In this document: positions 13,581-23,110 of the stretch, piece by piece
Layout: every line of letters begins with the position of its first letter
Position numbering within the stretch: the first letter of the stretch is position 1
From: Alphaproteobacteria bacterium
Lineage (GTDB): Bacteria > Pseudomonadota > Alphaproteobacteria > Bin95
Length of the DNA: 64,000 bases
Direction of reading: 5' to 3'
NCBI GenBank assembly: GCA_964291285.2
Contig: OZ219785.1
Location: 736,001-800,000, forward strand
Notes under the pieces: generated by a model
What the model was told of the DNA's origin: nothing
The model's database searches: none
What the model saw: only the letters and a program-made list of their open reading frames with translations
Position numbers and translations under genes: made by a program

Positions 13581-15082
13581 TCTTCGCTGTCCTTTTCATG
13601 GTAGCCGGCCAGCCCGTCGTATCCGCCGAGATCGTGATCGCGCACGGCGATGTCGCGCACGCGCGGGTCCCTGGGCAGGTCGATGGGGATCGGCGGCGGC
13701 CTGTCCTGCAGTTCGCGCCGCCGTGTGAGGCTGAGGCGCACGGCATTGGGATGGGGGACGCCGCGTTCGAGGGCCTCGTCGATGGCGGCTTCGAGCTCGG
13801 CGGCGCCGTATTGGTCGAGCAGGCGCAGCAGGGCGGCGACGGTGGCGCCGATATAAGCGCCGCGGGGGGCGGCCTCGGCGATCAGGCGCTCGCTGTTGGG
13901 CGCGGCCTGGAGCAGCCGGCTCTGCCCGCGCAGGCTGCGGGCGTGACGCTTGCGCCTGACCAGCTCCTCAATGTGTTCGGGGTTCTCGATGCGGGCCGCC
14001 TTGTCGAAGCTGCGCGGATGGCGGGCGATGACCTCCATGCCGTCGAGGATGCGCACCTCTTCCAGCGTCGCGGCCACGGTGAGGGTGCGCCGGACATGGG
14101 TATGCGGGACGCTGTAGTCATTGAGGTCGAACCTGGCATAGGGGGTCTTGGCGATCCTGACCTCGACCCTCTCGTCGACGGGGGGACGGTCGTCGGGCAG
14201 CGCCATCAGGGAGCCGCGCTCGCGCTCGAAGGCCTCGCTCACGGTGAGGGAGCGGTCGTCCGGCCAGGGGCGGTCGGCGGCGACGCCCTCGCACCACTCC
14301 CGGGCCTGGGCGTTGAGATCGTCGAGGTCACGCCAGGCGCGGGCGGCGAAGAAGCTGTCGCGCACATAGCGTATGGCCCGCTCGACGCGGCCCTTCTCGT
14401 TGCCTCGGGCGACCGCGACCGGCTTCGGCAGGAAGCGGTAGGCGCCTGCGAAGTCGAGAAGCCGGGGATTGAAGCGGATGGCGTCGCCGCGCCGCTCCAG
14501 CACGACGCTCTTCAGATTGTCGTACCAGAGCTCGCGGGGCACGCCCTGCCAAGCCTCGAAGGCCTCGACATGGCCGCGCAGGAAGTTGTCCATCCCGGCG
14601 TTGAGGTAGAAGCGCAGGAAGAGGCGGCGCGAGTGGCCGAGCACCATCACGAAGGCCATCAGCGGGCGCTCCGCACGCCCGATCCTCACCTTGCCGAAGT
14701 GGGCCCAGTCGACCTGGGCCTGCTCGCCGGGCAGGGCCTTGAGGCGCAGATAGGCCTCGGCCACCGGCCGCGGACGCTCGGGCGCGATCATGCGCCGGAA
14801 GTGGCTCTCGCACCCCCGGTAACCGCGCTCGACCGCCATCCGGTAGAGCCGGCTGGAGGGCAACTTCGGCCAGACCGCCAGGGTCTGGCGGACGAAGGGC
14901 AGGAACGGATCGATCATCGAAGATCTGCGCCGCTTCTCAGGCGTGGGCGCCCCGGCGGCCGCCACCGCGCGCTCGACCGTGCCGTGGTGGACGCCGAGCT
15001 GGCGCGCGATCGTGCCGATCCGCCACTTCTCGGCAAAATACAGCCGCAGGATCTCGGCCCGGGTCTGCTGGTCGATCGCCAT
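13577..15082 (-). CDS. istA: IS21 DDE transposase IstA
   Basis: N-terminal HTH, PGEQAQVDWAHFG, WYDNLKS, EKGRVER; start MAIDQQ at 15082 after GGGAG. Confidence 0.95.
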   Translation of the reverse strand: MAIDQQTRAEILRLYFAEKWRIGTIARQLGVHHGTVERAVAAAGAPTPEKRRRSSMIDPFLPFVRQTLAVWPKLPSSRLYRMAVERGYRGCESHFRRMIAPERPRPVAEAYLRLKALPGEQAQVDWAHFGKVRIGRAERPLMAFVMVLGHSRRLFLRFYLNAGMDNFLRGHVEAFEAWQGVPRELWYDNLKSVVLERRGDAIRFNPRLLDFAGAYRFLPKPVAVARGNEKGRVERAIRYVRDSFFAARAWRDLDDLNAQAREWCEGVAADRPWPDDRSLTVSEAFERERGSLMALPDDRPPVDERVEVRIAKTPYARFDLNDYSVPHTHVRRTLTVAATLEEVRILDGMEVIARHPRSFDKAARIENPEHIEELVRRKRHARSLRGQSRLLQAAPNSERLIAEAAPRGAYIGATVAALLRLLDQYGAAELEAAIDEALERGVPHPNAVRLSLTRRRELQDRPPPIPIDLPRDPRVRDIAVRDHDLGGYDGLAGYHEKDSEE

Positions 15083-15083
15083 C

Positions 15084-15518
15084 TCACTCCCTTCGCGCCG
15101 GGCGCAGGCCCGGATAGACCGCCCGGGCGCAGAACCGCCCGCAGTGATCGCAGCGGAACACTCCGGCGGGACGGTCGGGTCCGAAGGGCCTCCTTCCCGA
15201 GCGCCCCGCCGGCATGCCCGCCACAACAGGACGGCGCGGTGAACGGGTCAAAGGGTGATGCGTCACTTTCTGCGCACGGCGCCCCTCCTCAGGCGCACGG
15301 ACGCGACGGCGCTCGCGGTAGCGCCGCTGGCGTTCGGCATGCTTGTGACGGCCCCGCCGGCTGTTCTGGTAGCGACGCCCGGCAAGGCGCAGCGAGCGCC
15401 GCCGCGCCCGGCCGCTGCACGGACGCGAGCAGTAGATGTTGCCGTGGTCGCACCGCCGGCACAGCACAACCTGGCGATGGCACGAAGCGCAGGTGAACAG
15501 GCGGGCGGCGTTCCTCAT
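15084..15518 (-). CDS. Cys-rich, Arg-rich putative zinc-binding protein upstream of istA
   Basis: CASC..CRRC..YC..PC plus a C-terminal CDHCGRFC; stop lies 1 nt before the istA start. Confidence 0.6.
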   Translation of the reverse strand: MRNAARLFTCASCHRQVVLCRRCDHGNIYCSRPCSGRARRRSLRLAGRRYQNSRRGRHKHAERQRRYRERRRVRAPEEGRRAQKVTHHPLTRSPRRPVVAGMPAGRSGRRPFGPDRPAGVFRCDHCGRFCARAVYPGLRPARRE

Positions 15519-15899
15519 CGCAAAGACCGATGAGAACGGGGTGGACCCACGCCCGAACGCCTACGATACTGCGCATACGGGCCGTGCCTTGCATGGCTCG
15601 GGGGGTGCGGCGCCGGTCGTTGCCACCTAGCAAACGGGGCCGGCGCCGCATCGTTCTCAGCAGCCCCAGTCTACCCCCTCGCGCAGCCCGGCGACCCCCG
15701 CCGACAGCGCCAGGACACCCTCCCCTCGGCAGGCGAAAATATCAACGCGACGGGGGCCGGCGACTCCAGTCGGGCTACGCCCTCCTTCCGTCCCAGGCCC
15801 CCGTCACAAACACCGCCGCACCACAATCACTGCGATCATCACGCCCCGCAAAAACGCGCAACGCCAGCAAATAAGCGCCTTTTACGACCGTCACCTACA

Positions 15900-16851
15900 G
15901 GAGGACGTCGCCGGGACGCTGGAGGTCATTCCGCGCCAGTGGAAGGTGATCCAGACCGTGCGCGAGAAGTTCACCTGCCGGGACTGCGAGAAGATCAGCC
16001 AGCCGCCGGCGCCGTTCCACCCGACGCCGCGCGGCTGGGCGGGCCCCAACCTGCTGGCCATGATCCTGTTCGAGAAGTATGGGACGCACCAGCCTCTGAA
16101 CCGCCAGCGCGACCGCTATGCGCGCGAGGGCGTCGATCTCAGCCTGTCGACCCTGGCCGACCAGGTCGGCGCCTGCACGGTGGCGCTGAGGCCGCTGCAC
16201 GACCTGATCGCAGACCATGTGCTGGCGGCCGAACGCCTGCATGGCGACGACACCCCGGTGCCGGTGCTGGCCAGGGGCAAGACCGACAAGGGCCGGGCCT
16301 GGGTCTATGTCCGTGACGATAGGCCGTTCGGCGGGCCGGACCCGCCCGCGGCTCTGTTCCGCTACTCGCGGAACCGGTCCGGCGACCATCCGGTCGAGCA
16401 TCTTCGCGACTTCGCCGGCATCCTCCAGGCCGACAGTTTCGCCGGCTACAACCGCCTCTACGCGGCCGGGCGATTGCCCGGACCTGTCACCGGGATCCCC
16501 TGTTGAGCACACGGGCGCCGCAAATTTTTCGAGCTTGCCGATATTGCGGCCAGCAAGGGGCGCGGCAGGAACGCGCCGCCGATCTCGCCGCTGGCGATGG
16601 AGGCGGTGAAGCGGATCGACGTGCTGTTCGGCATCGAGCGCTCCATCAAGGGCGAGACCGCTGCGCGGCGCCACGCCGTCCGCCAGGAACTGAGCGCGCC
16701 GGTGGTGGCCGAACTCAAGATCTGGATGAAGGCCGAACGCGCAAAGCTCTCCCGCCATGCCCCCGTCGCCAAGGCCATGGACTACATGCTCAAACGATGG
16801 GACCGCTTCGCCCGGTTCCTCGACGACGGACGCATTTGCCTGTCAAACAAT
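15900..16851 (+). pseudogene. tnpC: IS66 TnpC middle fragment with nonsense mutation
   Basis: LHGDDTPVPVL, LQAD; conserved CWAH reads C*AH (TGA at 16504-16506); ends DDGRICLSNN at the IS1595 insertion. Confidence 0.88.
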
Positions 16852-16886
16852 GGGGGGTATATACATTAGTGACCACCCTCCCGGCG

Positions 16887-17039
16887 TCAGTCGGACTTCC
16901 GCTTGAGATATTCCCACTCGTCCTCGCGCTTGTTCGGCGTCGCCAGAACCGACCGTAGGATGCTCTCCGGCGTGTCTGGAATCGGCTCCGGCAGCGGGTA
17001 TTTCACGGGACGGCCACGCTTCGGCTTCTCGTCCGTCAT
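16887..17039 (-). CDS. 50-aa small protein at the end of the IS1595 element
   Basis: MTDEKPKRGRPVKYPLPEPIPDTPESILRSVLATPNKREDEWEYLKRKSD; strong GGAGG RBS; AT-hook-like KRGRP. Confidence 0.6.
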   Translation of the reverse strand: MTDEKPKRGRPVKYPLPEPIPDTPESILRSVLATPNKREDEWEYLKRKSD

Positions 17040-17053
17040 GGCTTCCTCCGGGG

Positions 17054-17962
17054 TTAGATGACGCGGGCCGCGTGATGGAAGACCTCGTTCGTGAAGTCGT
17101 CCCAACGCTCGCCGTCTTGGGCAATGTCGTCCAGCAGATAGACCTTGACGCTCCCGATAGCGGCGAGGCGCGTTCTCATCTCCGGCGTGATGACGCCTGC
17201 CACTAGGAAATTCACGCAGCCCGGCGGCGTCTCGGCAAAGCTCTTCGACATGGCGCCGAGCCGTTCCAGAGCGCCGGCCGGGTCGCGGCCGCCCTTCACC
17301 TCGATTGTCGCGATGAGTTGGTCATCCCGATGGAAGTCTATATCCGGCTCTGACCCGAAGCTCATGATCGTGTTGCGAGGCAGCAAATACCGCCCATGTT
17401 CCGGGCAGTCCGGCGGAATGACGCCGTTCGCCTTCAGCCATCCCACGAGACGATTCTTGACAAGCTCCTCTGCCACATCGCCTATCCGGTTGCGGAACAT
17501 TCCATCGAGCGAAATGCCCATTGTCGCAACGATGTTCCGGTAGCCGTTTTCCAGCGTCCAAGCCGACGAGCCTTCGATGATCGACGAGATCATGGTGTTG
17601 TAGAGGCAGGCGACCTTCCGGGCCGTTGGCTCTCGAACCGGCGTCTTGCGGCTCCCGTCTTCCCAGCTATCGACAGGGGATGCAGCCTGCCCGACACGCT
17701 TGCGGGACAGGAGGGCCATGCCGCGATAGTAGAGCGAGGTCGTGGGGTGCGCGCGGAGCAAGTCGGGATGCGCAAACACCACCTTCGGCTCAATGCCAAG
17801 CGATTGCACATGGTCCCATGCCGCGCTGCTGATCATCAGTTTGTCGAGAGGGTCGAAGTCGAGCGCCGCCGCGAATTCGTCAATGAGACGGCGCTGCGCC
17901 CGATCCTTCCGCTGGCTCAGAATGTCGGCGAAAAGGCGGGAGCGGAGAACATCATCAGTCAT
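17054..17962 (-). CDS. Type II restriction endonuclease, PD-(D/E)xK, XcyI-like family
   Basis: FGSEPDI..IATIEVKGG.DPAGALERLG..KSF catalytic region; start MTDDVL overlaps the MTase stop. Confidence 0.75.
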   Translation of the reverse strand: MTDDVLRSRLFADILSQRKDRAQRRLIDEFAAALDFDPLDKLMISSAAWDHVQSLGIEPKVVFAHPDLLRAHPTTSLYYRGMALLSRKRVGQAASPVDSWEDGSRKTPVREPTARKVACLYNTMISSIIEGSSAWTLENGYRNIVATMGISLDGMFRNRIGDVAEELVKNRLVGWLKANGVIPPDCPEHGRYLLPRNTIMSFGSEPDIDFHRDDQLIATIEVKGGRDPAGALERLGAMSKSFAETPPGCVNFLVAGVITPEMRTRLAAIGSVKVYLLDDIAQDGERWDDFTNEVFHHAARVI

Positions 17963-19346
17963 CGGCGCGCACCCATCGATAGACGCATTTCCGCAGTTCG
18001 CGCCGGCCAAATCGGGCCATCTGCTGGCTCGAATTGCCCTTGCCGCGGGGCAGCTTCCATATGTGCTCGCACCGGAAGCCAGCGCCTTCGGCGAAGTCGG
18101 CCAGAATGAAGTCCACCGGCAACTCCTCGCCGTGATACTGCACATTGTCGTTGACCATGATGACGGACCCGCCGGGCCGGACGATGCGCCCGAGCTCGGC
18201 TATGACCACCGCCATTTCGAAGAAATACTGCTCGATCAGCGTCAAGACATTCCGGTTGCTCAACTCGTCCTGCCGACCGCGCAGGATGCCCAGGACCTCA
18301 TGAACCGCGCTTTGGTCCCGATAGAGGCGTATCGCACAGTCCAAGGTCTCCCGGTGTTCCCCGTAGATCGTATTGAGCGTTTCCGTCTTCGCCTTGTTCT
18401 CAACGGTGGCGGAGAGCATTCGCTGGCGCAGGGAGGAAAATCCCGCCTGATCGAACCCCATCCATGCGAGCTCCAGCGCATAGGTCCGCGTGTAGTCGTA
18501 TCGGTTCGCGTAAGGCGGCGAGGTCACCACCATGTCGAATTCGCCGTCCGGGATGTTCTTGAGCAACTCCAGGCATGAGCCGGTCAAGAGTGTCGGCCTG
18601 CCGCCACCGAACTGCTTCTTGAGCGCCGGGATGTCGGCGGCGATCTCGTTGAGCCGCCGCTCCAGGGCCGCGCTGAAACCGGCGATAGGCCCTATGTCGA
18701 ACGATGACCGCAACTGCCTCGGAGCGCGGCTGTCCCATCGCAGATATTGGCCATCCTTGCGCGTGTAGCTGGCTTCCTCCAGGACCGACATGCAGGCCAA
18801 GTCCAACAGCGCGTGCAGCCCGCCGTTATCCATGTGCGAGAGGAACCGCCGCGCCGCCGCTATCTCCTTCTCCGTCTCGCTCGCAAAGGCTCCCTCGGTT
18901 ATGCGCACATGCGGGAACGCAAACTTGGGCGCCGCGCGCCGCGCTTTCACCGCCCGGAGAAGCGCCGCAGATTGCTTGTCAAAGTCGGACTGCGTAAGGC
19001 CGTTTGCCGCTTCGGCGATAGCGGTCCCGGCCAGAACACCGACCGGCATGATCTCGATTCCTGTTGCCGGAATCCCTTGCCCGGCGGCAACCAGGGGCGT
19101 TGTGCAAATCCCGGCGAAAGGATCAAGAACTGCCGTTGGACGCTCCTGCTGGATCAGGTCGGCGACAAGCTCGCACGAGAAGCCTTCCTTGTATTTCATC
19201 CAGCGAAGGCCCGGTGCCTGGCGGTTCCCCTGATAGGAGACGACACGGCGGCAGTAGATTTCGTTCGTGCTCAGCAGCGGGGCAAAGCGGTCCGAGAGGG
19301 CTTGCCGTTCCTCCACTGGTCCATCGTGCGGGGATATGGCCGTCAT
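17955..19346 (-). CDS. Amino (N4-C/N6-A) DNA methyltransferase, alpha motif order
   Basis: W.KYKEGFS, VLDPFAGICTT (motif I), VVTSPPY (motif IV); ATGA overlap with the transposase stop. Confidence 0.88.
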   Translation of the reverse strand: MTAISPHDGPVEERQALSDRFAPLLSTNEIYCRRVVSYQGNRQAPGLRWMKYKEGFSCELVADLIQQERPTAVLDPFAGICTTPLVAAGQGIPATGIEIMPVGVLAGTAIAEAANGLTQSDFDKQSAALLRAVKARRAAPKFAFPHVRITEGAFASETEKEIAAARRFLSHMDNGGLHALLDLACMSVLEEASYTRKDGQYLRWDSRAPRQLRSSFDIGPIAGFSAALERRLNEIAADIPALKKQFGGGRPTLLTGSCLELLKNIPDGEFDMVVTSPPYANRYDYTRTYALELAWMGFDQAGFSSLRQRMLSATVENKAKTETLNTIYGEHRETLDCAIRLYRDQSAVHEVLGILRGRQDELSNRNVLTLIEQYFFEMAVVIAELGRIVRPGGSVIMVNDNVQYHGEELPVDFILADFAEGAGFRCEHIWKLPRGKGNSSQQMARFGRRELRKCVYRWVRADD

Positions 19347-20335
19347 GCGGCGGGCCGTGCGCCAGAGGACAGGCCATTGTCGGCAATCAGGTCGCGATAG
19401 CGCAGCCGCTTCCCGACCATGCCGATGACGACGGAGCGCATCATGTCCAGCGTGTCGCGGGGCCGGATGTTGTGACGGCCCGAGAGCTCCCTGACATATC
19501 GATCGAGGTGCTTTTCCGAGAACTTGTGGAAGGTCCCCTGATAGCCCCGCTTCAGCATGGACCAGAAGGACTCCAAGCCGTTCGTGTGCGCCATCTCCCA
19601 CACATACTTGCCGACCGAGTGATTGACCGCCTCGTGGTCGAACTCCGGCATACCCTTGTAGGCTTTCGCCTCGTCCGTATAGAGCGTCGCGCCCGGGGCG
19701 GCATGGTGGCGGACGAAGCCCTGTAGGGCCGTCGCGTCGGTCTGCGAAATGCGCTGCGCCGCGACCCGGCCGCTCTCCCGATCCTTGACGCCTACCACGG
19801 CGGCTTTGCTGACCGTCCCGCGCCCGGCGCCCGCTTCCGCCAGCTCCTTCCGCTTCGCGTTCGACATGTTCTTGCGCTTGCCACCGATGTAGGTCTCGTC
19901 CGCCTCCACCGGCCCGGAGAACATGTTGCCGCCGTTCTCGTTCCACGACTCCCGAATGCGGTGCGCCAGATGCCACGCTGTCTTCTGCGTTACGCCCAAA
20001 TCCCGGTGCAGCTTCATGCTGGCCTGCCCCTTGAGCCCGGTGTTCAGCAGGTAGAACGCCAGAACCCAGATTTGCAGGTCCAGCTTGCTGCTCTGCATCG
20101 GCGTCCCGGTGCGGACCGAAAGCCACTTCCGGCAGTCCTTGCAGCGGTGCGTCATGGTCTTGTGCGCGACCGGATGCGTGATCCGGTGACTGCCGCAATG
20201 CGGGCAAACCGGACCTTCCGGCCAGCGGACGCTCTCGATCCATGCGCGGGCCGTGTCGTCGTCCGGGAACATCCGCGTGATCTCGACCAGCGAGAGACCC
20301 TTGCGGTAGTGCTTTCCGGGAGCGTTGCGAGCCAT
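19343..20335 (-). CDS. IS1595-family DDE transposase
   Basis: Zn ribbon CPHC..CKDC, HTH (QKTAW..HRIR), VEADETY, LYTDE, HTNGLESFWS.LKR. Confidence 0.93.
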   Translation of the reverse strand: MARNAPGKHYRKGLSLVEITRMFPDDDTARAWIESVRWPEGPVCPHCGSHRITHPVAHKTMTHRCKDCRKWLSVRTGTPMQSSKLDLQIWVLAFYLLNTGLKGQASMKLHRDLGVTQKTAWHLAHRIRESWNENGGNMFSGPVEADETYIGGKRKNMSNAKRKELAEAGAGRGTVSKAAVVGVKDRESGRVAAQRISQTDATALQGFVRHHAAPGATLYTDEAKAYKGMPEFDHEAVNHSVGKYVWEMAHTNGLESFWSMLKRGYQGTFHKFSEKHLDRYVRELSGRHNIRPRDTLDMMRSVVIGMVGKRLRYRDLIADNGLSSGARPAA

Positions 20336-20727
20336 TTCCTGCCTCCGTCTTTATGCAAGTATAGTGACACAATCCGCCTGCCGTGGCAACAGAAAAAGTC
20401 ACTGTTCTTCGTTTTTCTGCCCCCGTTGTCCTCGCTGGAACGGCGGTCTTTCACCTCGCCATCCGGCCCGATCAGCCGCGCCTCAAACTGCTCGCCTATC
20501 GCCATGCCTTCCTCGAATTCCACTTCCAGCGGGGTGTTGCGCCCCGTCTTGGGATGCACAATCTCTGCCGGGCCGTGGAGGTGGTAATGGATGTTCTGGT
20601 CGCCGTGGATGACCGTTACGCCCCCGCCAGCTTTGATGACGAGCTTGCCCGCTTTCTTCCTGCCGAACATGCGCCTCAACCACTTCCCGCTGGCGCGCGC
20701 CGCGCCGATGATCCCGAACCACTCCAT
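20152..20727 (-). CDS. Hypothetical passenger ORF inside the IS1595 element (3' part overlaps the transposase; doubtful)
   Basis: ORF track; first ~110 aa look protein-like. Confidence 0.3.
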   Translation of the reverse strand: MEWFGIIGAARASGKWLRRMFGRKKAGKLVIKAGGGVTVIHGDQNIHYHLHGPAEIVHPKTGRNTPLEVEFEEGMAIGEQFEARLIGPDGEVKDRRSSEDNGGRKTKNSDFFCCHGRRIVSLYLHKDGGRKWLATLPESTTARVSRWSRSRGCSRTTTRPAHGSRASAGRKVRFARIAAVTGSRIRSRTRP

Positions 20728-20801
20728 CCGGTCATCATGGCCGGAGTCCTCCCGGAATCCGAGTCCGTTTGGTCATTTTGGTATATAAATCCCCAAACAA
20801 T

Positions 20802-21049
20802 GCCGCTGGAAGGGCGCTCGGAGGTATTGCCCTCGGCCCAAGTCGTGGCTGTTCGCAGGCTCCGATCGCGGCGGCAGGCGCGCCGCCGCCATGTACACCC
20901 TCATCGGCACCGCAAAGCTCAACAATGTCGATCCCCAGGCCTGGCTCGCCGACGTGCTCAAGCGCATTGCCGGCACCCCGCAGAACCGCCTCGGCGAACT
21001 TCTTCCCTGGAACTGGCAGGACACCCGGCGGCACGACCGGGCCGCATAA
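20802..21049 (+). pseudogene. tnpC: IS66 TnpC C-terminal fragment (frameshifted)
   Basis: SWLFAGSDRGGRRAAAMYTLIGTAKLNNVDPQAWLADVL...ELLPWNW, TAA at 21047-21049. Confidence 0.85.
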
Positions 21050-21582
21050 CCAAAGACACCGCCCGACGGTCTCCGATCAACTCCACGCCCGCCACAAACT
21101 CAGACCTCGATACACTGCGGTCTTCGGCGGATGCTTACGATCCAGGAGGCCTGCATCAAGGGCGTATCCACCCGCTCGGTCGACGACCCGGTGCAGGCGA
21201 TGGGCATGTCGGGCATCTCCAGGAGCCGGGTGTCGCGGCTGTGCGGGGAGATCGACGGCAAGATCCGCGACTTCCTCGACCGGCCGCTGGAGGGCGACTG
21301 GCCGTATCTGTGGCTGGATGCGACCTGTGTGAAGATGCGCGAGGCCGGGCGCATCGTCCCGGTCGCGGTCACCATCGCGGTGGCGGTCAACGATCGGGGC
21401 CGGCGCGAGGTGCTCGGCATGGCGGTCGGCGCGTCCGAGGCCGAGACCTTCCGGACCGACTTCCTGCGCTCGCTCGCCCGCCGCGGCCTGCGCGGCGTCA
21501 AGCTGGTGATCTCCGACGACCACAAGGGCCTGAAGGCCGCCGCGACCCGCATCCTCGGCGCCACATGGCAGAGATGCCGCGT

Positions 21583-23110
21583 GGGGCTGTTGAAAAAGCT
21601 CGATGTCTGTGACTCACTGCATCGATATCTTGTGTTCGAGGAAAGAGAGCCACCAGATGTTGGATCACAAGAGCCGCGATCAGTTGGAACTTTTCATCAC
21701 GGGCTCGCTTCGGCAGCTGGTGCCCGAGGATCATGTTCTGGCGCGCGTAGACCGGGTTTTGGACCTTGGCTGGCTGCGCGAGGAAGTGGCGGAGTGCTAT
21801 TGCGCGGACAACGGCCGGCCGGGCATCGACCCGGAAGTTGCGGTGCGGCTGATGTTGGCCGGTCTGCTGCTCGGGATCGTTCACGACCGCAGGCTGCTGC
21901 GGGAGGCGCAGGTCAACCTCGCGATCCGCTGGTTCATTGGCTACGGTCTGCACGAGCGTCTTCCCGACCATTCGAGCCTGACCCGGATCCGCCAGCGCTG
22001 GGGCGAGGAACGCTTCCGGTCGATCTTCCGGCGTATGGTGACGGCCTGTCTGGAAGCGAAGATCGCCATGGCCGATGTCGTGCATGTCGACGCGTCACTG
22101 ATCCGCGCCGATGTCAGCTGGGAGAGCCTGGTCGAGCGTCATGCTGACGAGGTGATGGCAGAGAACCGTGGCGGGGAGGAGATCGAGGCGGAGAAGAAGG
22201 GCCGGCAGAGCGGCAAGTACAAGAAGGTGAGCCGCACCGATCCGGATGCGAGCATGGCGACCACGTCGCGCAAGCAGCGTCTTGAGCCTTGCTACAAGCA
22301 GCACACGGCGGTCGACGACATGAGAGGCGTGGTTCTCGATGTCGCCGTGACGACCGGCGAGGTGAACGAGGGCGATACGATCGAGGCCCGGCTCGACGAA
22401 GTTCGCAGGATCTCGGGTCGCGAGATCGGAACGGTGACGGCCGATGCCGGCTACGCCTACGCCAAGGTCTATGCCGGTCTTGAGCGCCGCAGCATCGACC
22501 CGGTGATCCCGGCCAAGAAGGAACCGATCAAGACCCGCGTCCCCTTGCGCCGCTTCCGTTACGATGCCAGGCACGACATTCTCAAATGCCCACGCGGGAA
22601 GATCCTGCGTCCGCAACGGCGCGTAAAGCATGGCCGTTTCTTCTACTCCAGGTCCGAGGACTGCAAGCGCTGCCCGCTCAAGGGTGACTGCCTGTCGAAA
22701 GGACGCGTCAACAAGGCGGTCGTCGTCGGCGACCATTATCCGGCGCTGCTTTGTGCACGGCGCCGACGCATACGCTGGAGCGACGAGGATCGGCGGCTGT
22801 ATCGGCGTCACCGCTGGCGCTCGGAGGGCTTCCACGGCGAGGCCAAGACCTGGCACGGTTTGAGCCGAGCCGTCCGCCGCGGCCTCGACAACATGAAGAT
22901 CCAAGCCTACCTGACAGCGGCGGCGATCAACCTCAAGCGGCTCGCGGTCGCCCTTCTTGCCGCCCTGTCGGCCATCTGGACGGCTCGGACGGTCGCTTCG
23001 GGCCTCTTACGGGCCCGTCACGCCTGACCCGTCCCCAATGTGCCGGCGACCGCCGAAGCAACGGGATGAGGCGAGAACCGCGCGACAAGACTGAGTTCTT
23101 CAACAGCCCC
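21583..23110 (+). mobile_element. IS1182-family element
   Basis: IRs GGGGCTGTTGAA / TTCAACAGCCCC; TSD CGCGT (or CCGCGTG if the IR is one base shorter). Confidence 0.9.
21657..23027 (+). CDS. IS1182-family transposase (apparently intact)
   Basis: LVPEDH.L, GRPGIDP, PDHSSL, HVDASLI.A, S.TDPDA, ADAGY, R.RSEG.HGE.K. Confidence 0.9.
   Translation: MLDHKSRDQLELFITGSLRQLVPEDHVLARVDRVLDLGWLREEVAECYCADNGRPGIDPEVAVRLMLAGLLLGIVHDRRLLREAQVNLAIRWFIGYGLHERLPDHSSLTRIRQRWGEERFRSIFRRMVTACLEAKIAMADVVHVDASLIRADVSWESLVERHADEVMAENRGGEEIEAEKKGRQSGKYKKVSRTDPDASMATTSRKQRLEPCYKQHTAVDDMRGVVLDVAVTTGEVNEGDTIEARLDEVRRISGREIGTVTADAGYAYAKVYAGLERRSIDPVIPAKKEPIKTRVPLRRFRYDARHDILKCPRGKILRPQRRVKHGRFFYSRSEDCKRCPLKGDCLSKGRVNKAVVVGDHYPALLCARRRRIRWSDEDRRLYRRHRWRSEGFHGEAKTWHGLSRAVRRGLDNMKIQAYLTAAAINLKRLAVALLAALSAIWTARTVASGLLRARHA

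Larger units (their letters stand above)
11851..15899 (-). mobile_element. IS21-family element (4049 bp) with two passenger ORFs
   Basis: TGT...ACA ends with ~27/40 imperfect IRs (TGTTAGCGACGGT.. / TGTAGGTGACGGT..). 5-bp TSD GGAGG at 11846-11850 and 15900-15904; removal restores tnpC IGEDVAGTLE. Confidence 0.9.
16852..20793 (-). mobile_element. IS1595-family transporter element (3942 bp) carrying a type II R-M system
   Basis: IRs GGGGGGTATATACATTAGTGACCA / GGGATTTATATACCAAAATGACCA (17/24); 8-bp TSD CAAACAAT at 16844-16851 and 20794-20801. Confidence 0.9.
10506..21138 (+). mobile_element. IS66-family element with two nested insertions
   Basis: IRL GTAAGCCTTCGGCGTAGACCGC vs reverse complement of IRR GTAAGCATCCGCCGAAGACCGC (18/22 identical); tnpA-tnpB-tnpC order; flanks not duplicated. 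Confidence 0.9.

Noticed and set aside
17054-17962. Assigning CCCGGG specificity from XcyI-like similarity
   Set aside because: Family resemblance is by eye only and specificity cannot be read from sequence
17955-20402. 815-aa ORF suggesting a large fused methyltransferase
   Set aside because: The N-terminal ~350 aa is an alternative frame of the IS1595 transposase; the real MTase starts at 19346
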